Position numbers and translations under genes: made by a program. Shown piece by piece: positions 39,367 through 52,200 of a DNA stretch of 64,000 bases; the first letter of the stretch is position 1; each line of letters starts with the position of its first letter. The notes beneath the pieces are model-generated. The model searched no databases and had not been told where the DNA came from. It was given only the letters and a program-made list of their open reading frames with translations. Source of the DNA: Felis catus (lineage: Eukaryota); the NCBI RefSeq assembly GCF_018350175.1, contig NC_058370.1, positions 100,068,001 to 100,132,000 on the forward strand. Direction: 5' to 3'.

Positions 39367-41934
39367 GCTCAAAAAGAATACTGTTTTTGAAAAGTACCTT
39401 TCTTCCAGGATTTTCAAATAATTTGCACACTTCACTTCATTAATCCATCCACACAGCAGAAACATTGGAAATGAGGAAACAGAAGAACAGATGGCTTGTT
39501 ACACATTTAACACCACAACTCAACCAGTTGAGCAACCAACCTCTCATCTGGTGGCACTGAGAAGGCAAAGGAGCCATTTACTCAGGTTTTTACTTCTAGC
39601 GTCACTCTAACTACTGGAGAAATTTGGGGTACGTGCCTATGGCGTCTTGGCCATCTGATTTCTCAGGGACAGGGCAGGAATTCAATGAGGGGGCTTAAAA
39701 TGTTTCAAATAATTGTCAACATTCCATGCTGATTCTCCCAGAAGGCTCAGAGGTAGGAAGAGAATTGTCCTCCTTCCTCTTCCTATATGCAAGGGCCTCA
39801 GTTACACTTGGGAACCGGCTGGGGATCCACTACTCTACTATCCACGCATCCTGGCAAATGCACAGCAGGCTGGATAGTCACTACCCCAAACGGTTTCTTC
39901 CAGCCCCACGGGCTGATCTCTAGTTGGCAGTGTCTTGCAGAGTGGATCATGAAGGTGGAATGCCCCTTTCAGAGTCTCATCCACAGGGAGAAGTGTTTGT
40001 TATTGCCCACATTGGTCCTACCGGCTAGCCAAGCTCCACAGACTCCTACACTCAGTACAAAAAGCTTTACGTTCTTCTTTTCCATTCTTGCATTACATTC
40101 TTCAAAGACTTCTATGCTTGCCAACTGGCTAGAACTCAAACTCTAGTGTTTACTCTTATACAGCCGAAAGCCCCTAAAAACTCCAGATTCCTTCTATTTA
40201 TAATAACAGCCATCATGGCCCAGGAAACACAAACCCTTAAACTCCAAGGCCTACCCTCGGTAAGAACATTCATGGGCGTGAGATAGGTCTATGAGGCTCC
40301 CAGACGTTTTTTTTTTTTTAGACAGCCAAAAAAGTACCTAGTCAAATTAGGATTGATTCTGAAGCAGCCTGCCAGAAAGCCCCAGTTAGTCCGACATGGT
40401 TGCCACTGTACCAAATAGCCATGGCAGACCTCTCTGTGACATCTCTAGAGCCCGTGGGAAATGCTCTGGAACATGCTCCTTGATGGCAAAGCACTGATTT
40501 TTGAAAACTGCCGGAAGATGTCTGGAGGCAAGTCTGGTGAATACACTAGATGGTGCCAGTACCATCATGGAGCCCCGCTGAGGGGTGGCAACAAGCAAAG
40601 AGTCTGAGCTAGAAGGCTGTCACCTGGTAGAAGGCCATCACCAGAGAAGCATTTCAGGCACATCTGGAGCAGTGGCAGCAGCATCACCAACAGGCCTCCC
40701 CTAAAGGACAACCTCTCATTTCAGTACCAGGCTTAGTGGTTTCTAGTCCTGCTGCTTAAATTAGCTAAGAGTTAGGATGCTTTCTTGGGTGGAAAATATT
40801 TTATATGCACTTGATAAGCAAAATGCCTCAAGAAAAAAGCTCACAAACAAGAAGTTCCTGTGAGTCTCTTACCTGAGAGTGTGAGGATTACATGACAAAC
40901 ACATAAAAGGTCACAATAGGTACACACTTTCCTTCTCACAAACAGGAATGGAGGCTAAAATTTCAGGTGCCATGCCCCCAACCTCTTCTTCTGGTCTTGT
41001 TTCTAAATTCTGTAATAAATCCGTGAAATAGGCCATCCAGTTGTGAGAAGACAGATGCAAAAAGTATTTCCAGACTAGGAAGCCTAAGAGTTCCAGTGAA
41101 ATCCTATGTCCAAGTAGGAAGGTCAGTTGAAGAGCTGGAAGACTAAAATCCCCAGTCCTCTGAGCTGCAGGAAGATTGGGGATAGAGTATGGCACAGCCT
41201 CCCTGACCTGGGAGGCTCTGGAGGGTAGTTAACATTAGAAGTCAAAAGGCACTTCCAGCCAGGCTGAGTTAAGTAGAGGGCAGACTTTCTCCTCTCAAAG
41301 TAGAACCGAGCCCAGGACTGGCAAGTTAAGGCATTTAACCTTAGGCCAGCTCTGTGGGTCAGGAACCTTCTGGTCCCTGGCCTAACTTATCCACCTCACT
41401 CACCTTCCCAGAATTCCTCCGGTACTGCAAGCTGTGGCTTGCTAGATTCTAATGATGTAGTTTAAGTAGCTGCCTTGCCCCATTCCTGAGGCGGTAGATT
41501 TTCAGGGGTGTAGGGCACAAACCAACAGTGCCCTCAGGTGTCCTTTAAGAGAAAAGCTGCTGAGATGGAAAGGCCAGACTAATCTTGAGACCCTGATGTA
41601 GAGAAACCCCCGGGGCAGGGGGACTTTGGTTTCAAGAAGTCTTAGTGTTCATGGGCTCACTTAAACCCCATACTTCAAGTCACTGAGGTCAGGTCAGTTG
41701 CTGGAAATCTGAAGTGGCTTGGAACTGCAGTGCACAGGATGTCTTGTGGACTTCTCAGATCTCAACCTAACCCTGCATTAGGGAGAATGTTCACTGAGGT
41801 GAAAGCAGTGATATTTCTAGGATCTTTAGTCTAAGGATCTCAGTTTATATACTCTTGGGAGATAGGAAAGGAAAAAGACTGAGGCAGGGGAAGGGCAGAG
41901 GAAAGAGGCTCATTTTACTGCCCTTTGGGCCTTT

Positions 41935-41977
41935 TCTTCTTCCTCCTCCTCCTCCTCCTCTTCTTCTTCTTCTTCTT
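41935..41977. repeat. (TCC)n(TCT)n compound microsatellite
   Basis: Direct reading. Confidence 0.9.
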
Positions 41978-42831
41978 TTTTGCAACTACGGCTCCCAATA
42001 GGCAATTATTGCTTATGTTGAATTTCCCTTTGTATGTACATTCAAGACTGTTATATCACATTGGGAGAGTCGTTTCAAGCTTGTTTTGCTGATCCCTCTC
42101 TAGCCTGAGCAGAGGATGGTCTGTTCACAGCTGGGGAGGCTGAAAACTGGAATCCTGTAGCCATAACCAAGGCAGGTTGTGCTGCAGGGAACCCCTGCAG
42201 TTTAGTTCTGCCATCATCTTCTAGCTCTATCTAGACAGTGCAAAGCAGGGGGGTGTGAGAGGAATCTGCAAAAGCCATGCAATCTGCAAAATGAAAATCT
42301 CCCACTTCACTGGTATCAGAGTAAGTGGGAGAGCTTGTCCACAAGGTAGACCTGCAGAACTCCCCACCTCCACAGTCCTGAGCAGTTGGGAGGTGCACAG
42401 TCATATTGGGAGGTAGGGTGGAACTCATGATTCTGAGACCAAAAGAGGAGAGAATGGAAAGAACAAAGAAACAGCTGAAAAAAAAAAAAGACCTAGGAAA
42501 ACGTGGATGGAAGTGAGCAGAAGCTAGGAACAAAGGAACCATGAAGCAACAAACACAGTTCAGTGAGCTGGGTGGAGTGCAGCAGCTAGGTGTCCTATGG
42601 CATCTGACCTCAGTAAGAAAGCAGCATGTTAGCACAAGCTATTATAAACCTCAGTTCTCCCTGGAATCTCTGCTTCCAGGACACCAAGCTAGCCAAACAA
42701 AATTTTTGAATTCCAGAATACTAGGCTGGTCAAATGGGCCAAGATACAAGAAAGAATGGCTGCAAAGGAGGTGGCCAGGCTTGTCCCTGCAAGACCTTAT
42801 TCCTATGGATGTGTCAGCTTGGGGTGTGTCG

Positions 42832-42859
42832 GTGTGTGTGTGTGTGTGTGTGTGTGTGT
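42832..42859. repeat. (TG)n microsatellite in the C2orf68 3' UTR
   Basis: Direct reading. Confidence 0.92.
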
Positions 42860-42953
42860 CTCGAGATCAGTTCAAACTGGTCTTGGCACCCCCAAACCAG
42901 GAGTGAGCTCCCTGGGCAGTGAATCCAGCCTGGTGAGAATGCCTTCAGTCTGG

Positions 42954-43076
42954 TCAATGTCGGCTCTGGCGCTTTGCAATCTCCTCCTGGATGCGCAACT
43001 TGAGGGCCTCTCGCAGGGGTGGGTCCAGAGGCGTGTGTGCTGATACCTCCTCACTCACCCTTCCTGGATCATCGTC
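42954..43076 (-). CDS. C2orf68: C2orf68 exon 4 coding part
   Basis: acgtag| acceptor; TGA stop. Confidence 0.94.
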   Translation of the reverse strand, partial: DDDPGRVSEEVSAHTPLDPPLREALKLRIQEEIAKRQSRH

Positions 43077-44861
43077 CTACGTGGAGGAAGAGTCGGGAAG
43101 CTCAGGGCCTGGCCTCTTCTGGAAAGGCGACCTGCCCTGTCCCTAGACAACACTCTCACAGAACTCCATTTGACTCACAGCTTCTTGCCAGTGCCTGTCA
43201 TTTCCCAGGTGTCCCCTGTAATAGTGATTTTCACCTGGGAGCCACATGCCCTCCCTGTTGCCCGCTGAGAATCACTGTGTGACAGGCGTGAGTTGTGCTC
43301 AAAACATCACCCAGCAGTCTATGCTCCTAACTGGAGCCGACACTTCCCACTGGCCCTGAGGAAAACAGTGGCTCAGGCTCTGGCAGTGATTTCTAGCATG
43401 GCCCAGGACCTTCAGGCTGCAGCTGCTTCCACGAGGCATACCTGATACACGATAACTGAGGTGACCTCTCCGCTGTCTGCCTCATATTCTAAACAGAAGA
43501 GCTGATGGCCAGAAGGCTCTGGCTCGGAGCTGCCACTACTGCTGCTTTCACCGGATTCCTCACAGTCTGGATTGCTTGGGTGGGTAGAGCCATCTGGAGG
43601 GATGAATCACAGTGAGAGGGAAGAGGGGAGGGCTGTTGGAGCCCCTGCCCACATGTATGAAACATGAAAACATACCATAAAGAAAGTCCCAATCTTCCTA
43701 TGGACCCTGTATGTGTGTGCATGTATCAAGTGTGCTGCCAATCAGTAGTTTCCTTTACCTTTGTATCCTTGCTCTGGGGCCAGCAGTCTTGTCACACACA
43801 CAGTAGATATACAATGTACGTGACATAGTAGATATACAATGTACCTTCGCAGGAAAGTAGTGGAGAGGTGGATACAGCCCTGCCTGGGTTCAAATACAGG
43901 CTCTGCCATTTATTAGCTCTGAGATCTTGGGCAAGTTACTTAATCTCTCTGTGCCTCTTTCCTGACTGTGAAACAAATGATAATAGTTTCCGACTTATGA
44001 TATCCCATGAAAACTAAACGAATGAACATACCCAAGATCTAACGCTAAACAAATTTAGTAATGCTAAACAAATCTAGTGCCAAGTTAGGTACTGTTATCT
44101 CTAGGTATCTGGGAAGCTTGAGAAATGGCTTTTATTGTTTTTCTTTAAAGAAAAAACCATTTTAAATACTGACTTTTGAGTTTCATTCCACAAGTATGTC
44201 CTGGTCAAGTACAGCTGTGCCAAGCTTTCTCTCCGTCATGGAGTGAGAACTCTCAAGTATAGGTGGGCAAACCAGTAGACAAACAACTTCTTGCCGGCTC
44301 CCATGTATTTCCTGTAATAGTGATGCTTAACTGGGGGCCATGGAGCCTTCCCTGTTTTCAGGGAGATTCAGGGAGCGGAGAATGGGGAGCGTCGAGGTGG
44401 GGGTTCCGGGAAGGGACGACATGAACTGAGCCTTGGGGAATAAAAAGTGTTGTTTTTTTTTTTCCCCCCATTTAAAGAAAAGAGTGCATAAAGGCAAAGG
44501 GCTGGGGGCCGAAAGAGCGCGCGGGCTGGAGGAGGCAGGCGGGGTGGGCGGCCTCACCTCGGTGTCGCGGCAGGTACACCTGCAGGTCGGGCTTTCGGGG
44601 CCGCGTCGGCGCCGGCGTGTGCCGCCTCCTCGCCTTCTCCTTGGCTGCTTGTTTCACCTTCTTGTCATAGTCGTCCCTGCGGGGAGCCGAGCGGGAGTCA
44701 GAGACTGCCGGGCCAAGCTAGGCTGGGGGTGGCGGCGGCGGGGCGGGGCGGTACCGGGCGAGTTGGTTCCGTCGGATGTGGTGCACGAAGCCGTGGCTCA
44801 TGTCCAGACGCCCGCCCGGCTTGCAGCAGAGTCCCGGCCCGGGATCCGGCGTCGATTCCAT
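42954..44861 (-). CDS. C2orf68: UPF0561 protein, C2orf68 orthologue, 166 aa
   Basis: join(44755-44861, 44558-44676, 43442-43593, 42954-43076) = 501 nt: MESTPDPGPGLCCKPGGRLDMSHGFVHHIRRNQLAR|DDYDKKVKQAAKEKARRRHTPAPTRPRKPDLQVYLPRHR|...LFCLEYEADSGEVTSVIVYQ|DDDPGRVSEEVSAHTPLDPPLREALKLRIQEEIAKRQSRH*. Confidence 0.95.
43442..43593 (-). CDS. C2orf68: C2orf68 exon 3 (152 nt)
   Basis: ctccag| acceptor and CAG|gtatgc donor. Confidence 0.94.
44558..44676 (-). CDS. C2orf68: C2orf68 exon 2 (119 nt)
   Basis: ccgcag| acceptor and GAG|gtgagg donor. Confidence 0.94.
44755..44861 (-). CDS. C2orf68: C2orf68 exon 1 (107 coding nt)
   Basis: ATG at 44861; CG|gtaccg donor. Confidence 0.92.
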
Positions 44862-45487
44862 CTGGAGCCTTGGGGTCGGAGCCGCCGCGAATCAACGGCC
44901 CCAACGGCCGCCCTCCCGCCTGGCGAGCTTCGCACCCCGACTTCCGGCCCCCGGCCCTGGACCCGCCCCGAAAGAGCCTGCCGGGCCGAGCGGCCCGGCG
45001 CGCGGAGTTGCCTGCGCGGGTGCTGGGATGGGGCATGCGCGGCTTCCACTCTCCGTCGGGGCTTTTCTTTGTGAAATTAGCAATAGGAAACAGGACTTAG
45101 GCTTACTGCTGATGCATCAGAAAATTCAGAAAAACACAAACGCTGACTCCACTCAGCGTTAGGTGTGGAGTCTTCCTTTGCTTTTTGTGTGATAAAATGC
45201 TGTGAAACTCCCATCGCCAGTTGCGTGACCTCGGCTATTGAGCTCCGGTGCCTCAGTTTCCTCATTTGTGAACAAGGTAACTGAGAGCATCTACCTCAAA
45301 AGAGGTTGTGAGGAGGTAAGTGCCCTGGCAGGGCACAGAGCAGCACCCCGCCACCAGGCAGCCCCAGGAAGACTGCTGGGGACCGGGACACCCCTTCCAG
45401 CCGGCGAAGCTCCTGAGCCCACCCTACCTTAACTCTCCCTGCAGAAGGACTCAGCGCTTGTAGAATATGCATGACTGGTTTTCTAGT

Positions 45488-45720
45488 CTTTTTTTTTTTT
45501 TTTTTTTTTTTGATGTTTACTTATTTATTTTGAGAGAGAGAGAGCAGCAGCACAGGAGTTGGAGGCGGGAGGGGCAGAGACAGAGGGAGAGAATCCCAAG
45601 TAGGCTCTGTGCTCTCAGCATGCAGAACCCGCCGTGGGGCTCCATCCAGCACTGTGGGATCATGACCTGAGCCAAAATCGAGAGTCAGAGGCTTAACCGA
45701 CTGAACCACCGAGGCGCCCC
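45488..45720 (-). mobile_element. Can-SINE between the C2orf68 and USP39 starts
   Basis: Poly(T), (GA)n and core ending GGCGCCCC. Confidence 0.9.
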
Positions 45721-45996
45721 AACAGCTTCTACACCAATGAAAGGTTCCCCCTCTGTCAGCTGCAAATTTTGGGAAAGGTGGCAGTAGGCCCGCATGGTGT
45801 TCTCAGGCCCCCGCCCAGACCTAAAGGGACCACAAGAGGTGCAGCACTTCCCAGAAGTTTCTCCAGGGGAAATGTGTCCACAATGCGGACTCGTAGAGAG
45901 CCCTGGGCTGGCTAACAGCGCCTCTCCTGATTGGGTGCCTGCCGCGCGCTCTGGCGTGCTTTGAGCTTGCGCAGAACGACCCGGCCGGTAGTGGCA

Positions 45997-46264
45997 ATGT
46001 CCGGCCGGTCCAAGCGTGAGTCTCGTGGTTCCACCCGCGGGAAGCGCGAGTCCGAGTCGAGGGGCAGCTCGGGTCGCGTCAAGCGGGAGCGAGATCGGGA
46101 GCGGGAGACAGAGGCGCCGAGCTCCCGGGGCAGCCCAGTGCGTGTGAAGCGGGAGGTCGAGCCTGTGAGCGCGCGCGAGGCCCCGACGCCGGTCGTCCCG
46201 GCGGTGCGAGTGAAGCGGGAGCGCGAGGCTGACGAGGACTCCGAGCCTGAGCGGGAGGTGCGAG
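45997..46264 (+). CDS. USP39: USP39 exon 1 (268 coding nt)
   Basis: [18 protein letters not shown]...; GAG|gtgcgc donor. Confidence 0.95.
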
Positions 46265-49200
46265 GTGCGCGGGGCTGGGCCGGGCGCGGGCTCCACTCTT
46301 GCGTTCTCCTTTTCCTCTCGACTCCCTTTCCTTGGGAGTGAGGGTGGGGGTGGGGCATTCACCCTCCACTCTTGTCGGCGAAAGGCCTCCACTGCGTTTT
46401 AACGAGGACAGCACTAGTCTTAGTGAAAACCGCACCTTTGATGTTTTAACAACGGTAGAAATAACGGCATCTGCCCTTTATCGAATACCTAACGTGTGCC
46501 AGGCGCTGTGCTAATTACTTTTGTAAATAACTGGAAAATCACTTACTAAATTATGTTATCACCTTCAGTGTTTACCAAACACCTGATTTGTGAGTTCTGT
46601 GGTAGTATCTGGAATGTGACCATGTAGCGTCAAGATCCTGAACCCCGGGCACCTCCGCCACACTGCTTTGCCATTCTTTACCTGGACTGAGTCACTGTGG
46701 TTTGGGAAAGTGGGTTTTACGTGGCTGTCCCTATGAAAATTAGTGGAGGTAGTTCTGGAGGCTGTGACCTTTGGGAGCCATTCTAACAACTGCTAGTGAG
46801 TCTTAACTCCCTTCCATGACTGCAGCCTTTTGCCAGCTTTCTCTGGATTCCTGCTTCGCCTGACACTCTCTGATTCCTAGAGACCTCTTTACCCATCCTT
46901 GGCTTCCTTTTAGTGGGCTGCCTTTTCCAATTTGTTGATATCCTACCAGTTGTTAAGTACATTTCCACCACTTGTGAAGCTTTCCCTTTTCACTGCAATT
47001 ACATTTCCTTCACTGAACTTGAAACTCCTGACTTGAACCTGTTCCTATATACTTGCTTTGTGGAGAGTTAGTAAAAGCCTACTGAAGTAGCAGGTGAATA
47101 TATCACTATACTTACATGCTAAGGGTGGGATTCATGGGGGGAGTTCCTAGTTCTCCAAGACTTTATAATTCTGCCTTCTGGTCCTGGTTATCTGTATATG
47201 ATTATATTTTAACATTAACTCTTAAAGTTCTTACAGTCTTCTGTTTGACATATTTTTGTATTACAGAAATACACCTGTCCAGAATAGCACCTTACTCATA
47301 GAAAGTGCTTGATAAATATTTTTGAGTAATTAATAATTTCAGGGCATTCTTTACCCTTCTTAAATACCTTATCAGCTTCTGTTTTCCCTTTCTTTGGAAG
47401 AGAAATTGTTTTTTAGGTATCTTGCTTAGTTGTGATAAAGGAGATTATTTTCTTTGGAACAGGCTAGAATCCCAGTTGCTATTCTGGCTTGTCTTCCACC
47501 CCCCCCCACCCCAACTCCCTTTTATTTTTATGGTGAAATAGATCACAGGTACTAAGATGGATTGAATATAATGCACAATTATAGTTTAAAGAAGAAAGAG
47601 CAATCCCTATCAAAATAACACCAGCATTATTCACAGAGCTAGAACAAACAATCCTAAGATTTGTATGGAACCAGAAAAGACCCCCAATAGCCAAAGCAAT
47701 CTTGAAAAAGAAAACCGAAGCTCGAGGCATCACACTCTCAGACTTCAGGCTGTATTACAAAGCTGTAATCATCAAGACAGGATGGTACTGACACAAAAGC
47801 AGACACTCTGATCAATGGAACAGAATAGAGAACCCAGAAATGGACCCACAAACTTATGGCCAACTAATCTTTGACAAAGCAGGAAAGAACATCCAATGGA
47901 ATAAAGACAGTCTCTTCATATGGTGCTGGGAAAACTGGACAGTGACATGCAGAAAAATGAACCTGGACCACTTTCTTACACCATACACAAAAATGAACTC
48001 AAAATGGATGAAAGACCTAAATGTAAGACAGGAAGCCATCAAAATCCTAGAGAAGAAGGCAGGCAAAAACCTCTTTGACCTCAGCCGCAGCAACTTCTTA
48101 CTCAAGACATCTCCGGACGCAAGGGAAACAAAAGCAAAAGTGAACTATTGGGACCTCATCAAAATAAGAAGCTTCTGCACAGCAAAGAAAACAATTAGCA
48201 AAACTAAAAGGCAACTGACAGAATGGGAGAAAATATTTGCAAATGACATATCAGATAAAGGGTTAGTGTCCAAAATCGATAAAGTACTTATCAAACAACA
48301 CTCGAAAAACAAATAATCTAGTGAAGAAATGGNNNNNNNNNNNNNNNNNNNNNNNNNNNNNNNNNNNNNNNNNNNNNNNNNNNNNNNNNNNNNNNNNNNN
48401 NNNNNNNNNNNNNNNNNNNNNNNNNNNNNNNNNNNNNNNNNNNNNNNNNNNNNNNNNNNNNNNNNNNNNNNNNNNNNNNNGACGTGAACAACTCAGGCAA
48501 AAACAGATGTTGGCGATGATGTGGAGAAAGAGGATCTCTTTTGCATTGTTGGTGGGAATGCAGAGTGGTGCAGCCACTCTGGAGAACAGTATGGAGGTTC
48601 CTCAAAAAATCAAAATAAAACTACCCTATGACTCAGCAATTGCTCTACTAGGTATTTACCCAAGGGATACAGGTGTGCTGTTTCAAAGGGACACATGCAC
48701 CCCCATGTTTATAGCAGCACTATCGACAATAGCCAAGGTATGNNNNNNNNNNNNNNNNNNNNNNNNNNNNNNNNNNNNNNNNNNNNNNNNNNNNNNNNNN
48801 NNNNNNNNNNNNNNNNNNNNNNNNNNNNNNNNNNNNNNNNNNNNNNNNNNNNNNNNNNNNNNNNNNNNNNNNNNNNNNNNNNNNNNNNNNNNNNNNNNNN
48901 NNNNNNNNNNNNNNNNNNNNNNNNNNNNNNNNNNTCTTGACATTGGCAACAACATGGATGGAACTGGAGGGTATTATGCTAAGTGAAATTACAGTCAGAG
49001 AAAGACAAATATATGACTTCACTCATATGAGGAATTTAAGATACTAAACAGATGAACATAAGGGAAAGGAAGCAAAAAGAATATAAAAATAGGGAGGGGA
49101 ACAAAACATAAGAGACTCTTAAATATAGAGAACAAATGAGGATTGCTGGAGGGGTTGCGGGAGGGGGGATGGGCTAAATGGGTAAGGGGCATTAAGGAAT

Positions 49201-52200
49201 CTACTGAAATCATTGTTGCACTATACGCTAACTAACTTGGATGTAAATTAAACAATAAATAAATTTAAAAATATATATTAAAAAAATAAAGAAGAATGAA
49301 CATTTACATCCTTAAATTTACCATTTGTCAATAACTGTGAAGGGTTTGAGATTTTATTTGCAAGCTGCCTAATTAGCCTGCTACAGTTTTTTGGATGCTG
49401 ATGAAGATGGGACTAGTTCCTATAGTGTCATTTCCCACAGTGCAATATGAAGAGGACACATACTCACAGTGGGTGGCCTTACTGGAGAGGAACTCTGGGC
49501 TTACAGAACTTAAATCTTTCATAATAGTCTGAATTTGCCTCCCCTTTGCTCTGTAGGGAGACTCTCTGTCTTCTAATGCTGTTTGCTATACAAATATTCT
49601 TGACAAGATAGTCTGGAGGCAGACAGTGCCTTTGGTCACAATATGGGCAGAAACATGAGAGACCTATGGAGAATTGTCTCCTAATGCTATTCAGCTTAAG
49701 AAGTGGTTTGTAACCAGTACCTTAGAAGGTCCCTTAGGCCCCTTCCTAGTTGTATTTGCCTTCCTTGTTTGGGAATTCGCTATTCTATATATTGAAATAC
49801 TCTTATGTGCTATTTTTATTTTTTTTTCATTTCTACTTTTATTTATTTTTTAAGTTTCTTTGTGTTAATTTTCGAGAGAGAGAGAGAGAGACAGCACAAC
49901 TAGGGGAGGGACAGAGAGGGAGACATAGAATGTGAAGCAGGCTGCAGGCTGTCAGCACAGAGCCCAGTGCAGGGCTCAAACTTGTGAACTGCGAGATCAT
50001 GACCTGTGCCGAAGTTGGACACTTAATTGACTGAGCCACCCAGGCGCCCTGTATTTTTAGTTTTACTTCATATATGTATCCCTAAGTAGTACTGTGTTTT
50101 ATTTTGTATTTGATGTAAATGGAATCATATGTATGTGGTCTTCTGATTTACCTTTTTTTTTTTTTTTTTTTTTGCTAACCATATTTTTGAGGTTCATTCA
50201 AATAGATATTCATGGCTACATAGTGTTCTATTGGTGATACCAGAATACATTTATTTATTTTATTTGTGGCGGATATTTGGTTTGTTTCCAATTTGGGCCC
50301 TTTCAGACATGCTGCTATAAATATTTTTAGTTAGGCACTTCCAGTGTACATGTGCGAAAGTTTCTCTCAGGTTTATAAGTAGAGATTGCTGGGTCAGAGT
50401 TCTGCATATTTTCAGCTTTGATCTTGCTGTACTATTTTCCAAGAGGTTGTAACAGTTTACATTCCCACCAGCAGTTACAGGAACATTTCAATTGCTCTAT
50501 GTATTTGCCAACACTTGGAATTTTCCGATTTTATTTCTTTCCTTCTATGGTAGATATGAAGTGGTGTATTATTGTCCAGGGAAATTTGCATTTTCTTGGT
50601 TGTTGAGGATATTTTCCTCATTTTCTGTTGGGTTGTCTTTTATTGTTTCACCAGTTTCTTTATGTAATCTGCAAATGAATCGTTTTTTGGTTCTATGAGT
50701 TTCACATATATTCTCCCAATTTGGCACTTGTTCCATTAGTGGGCTTTTTGGTGTATTGCCGTGCCTCCTGTGTAGGAGCTCATCCTGTTTAGTTTTTCTC
50801 ATTTCTGGGTTTCTTTGTACTAGTAGTTCACCCTGAGTACTGGTTTCCCATTTCACAGCCTGTGATGATTTTCCTTTCAGCAAAGAATGGCCGCGTGGAT
50901 TCTGAGGACCGGAGGAGCCGCCATTGCCCGTACCTGGATACCATTAACAGGTTAGTAGGACAGGGATGTCAAGGGCAGCACAGAATGATGGAATCTATGC
51001 AGCAAGTGCATAGATTTGACTCTATGTCAAATGATCACAAATTTTATTCTTTTTAAAGCTTTCTGCCCAGAAGATTGTGCTTCTTGCCGTATTTATTAAT
51101 CTTTGTCTTTTAATATAAAGTGTTAGGGGGCATTTTTTTTTTAAGGGTGGGCACATGCATAAAGAGCTTTTAGCTTAGTTTGAATTTGTTTGGTGGAATA
51201 ACAGAGTGCATAGTGTAGTTAAAATGACGGTAGCAAATTTAAATATTTTTTGAGCACTCACTACGTGCTAGGTATTACTCTAGGTGGCTGGAATTCAATA
51301 GAGAAAAGAAAAACAGGTGTGTCCTAAAACAGAGGTAGTTACCTCATCCCTGTTTCTTTTCTTTGATTCCAGATGGCATCTTACAGTGCTTTTCAACTTA
51401 TGCTCTAAGGTTGTAGTGCTAATAGAAGTTTTCTTAGTAGTGGAGTTACTCTTTATTTTTTTTTTTTATTTTTAATTTTTTTTTTTAACGTTTATTTATT
51501 TTTGAGACAGAGAGAGACAGAGCATGAACGGGGGAGGGTCAGAGGGAGAGAGAGGGAGACACAATCTGAAATAGGCTCCAGGCTCTGAGCTGTCAGCACA
51601 GAGCCCGACGCGGGGCTTGAATTCACGAACCGCGAGATCATGACCTGAGCTGAAGTTGGAAGCTTAACCGACTGAGCCACCCAGGCGCCCTGTGGAGTTA
51701 CTCTTTATAAGGGCTATCTGTTGTGGCAGGCATAAGCCATTTATGGCTAATGACTTGAAACATGGCTTGAGGAACCAAGTTTCAAATTTTATTATTTTTT
51801 TTAAATGTTTATTTTTGAGAGAGAGAGAAAGAGAGAGTACGAAAGCATGTGCACAAGTTGGGGAGGGGCAGAGAGAGAGGGAGAGAATCCCAAGCAGGCT
51901 CCACACTGCCAGTGCAGAGCCCGACCCAAGGCTTGAACCCATGAACCGTGACGTCATGACCTGAGCACAATCAAGAGTCAGATGCTTAACTAACTGAGCC
52001 ACCCAGGTGCCCCAAATTTTAATTATTTAGAAATTTCAGTATTAACTTGTGGCTCTTGCTTCCTTTAATGGACAGTATAGCTTTACTGGGACCAGTAACA
52101 ATTAATTAGAGTTAATATTTGAGGAGAAATCTCTTTGTCACCTTTGGATTCAATAAAAGTAAAGTTTTTTTGTCCCTTAACCTGCCTGGTACTCATATAG

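Larger units (their letters stand above)
44380..46400. promoter_or_regulatory. Divergent C2orf68 / USP39 promoter region (two CpG-rich blocks)
   Basis: Head-to-head ATGs at 44861 (-) and 45997 (+); ETS ACTTCCGG ~44940; reverse CCAAT ~45930. Confidence 0.75.

Noticed and set aside
44433-46435. 213-aa (+) and 235-aa (-) ORFs
   Set aside because: Antisense shadows of C2orf68 exons 1-2 and USP39 exon 1 in CpG islands.
47840-48986. 158-aa and 221-aa ORFs as a host gene
   Set aside because: Fragments of L1 ORF2 in a truncated, disrupted copy; partly N.
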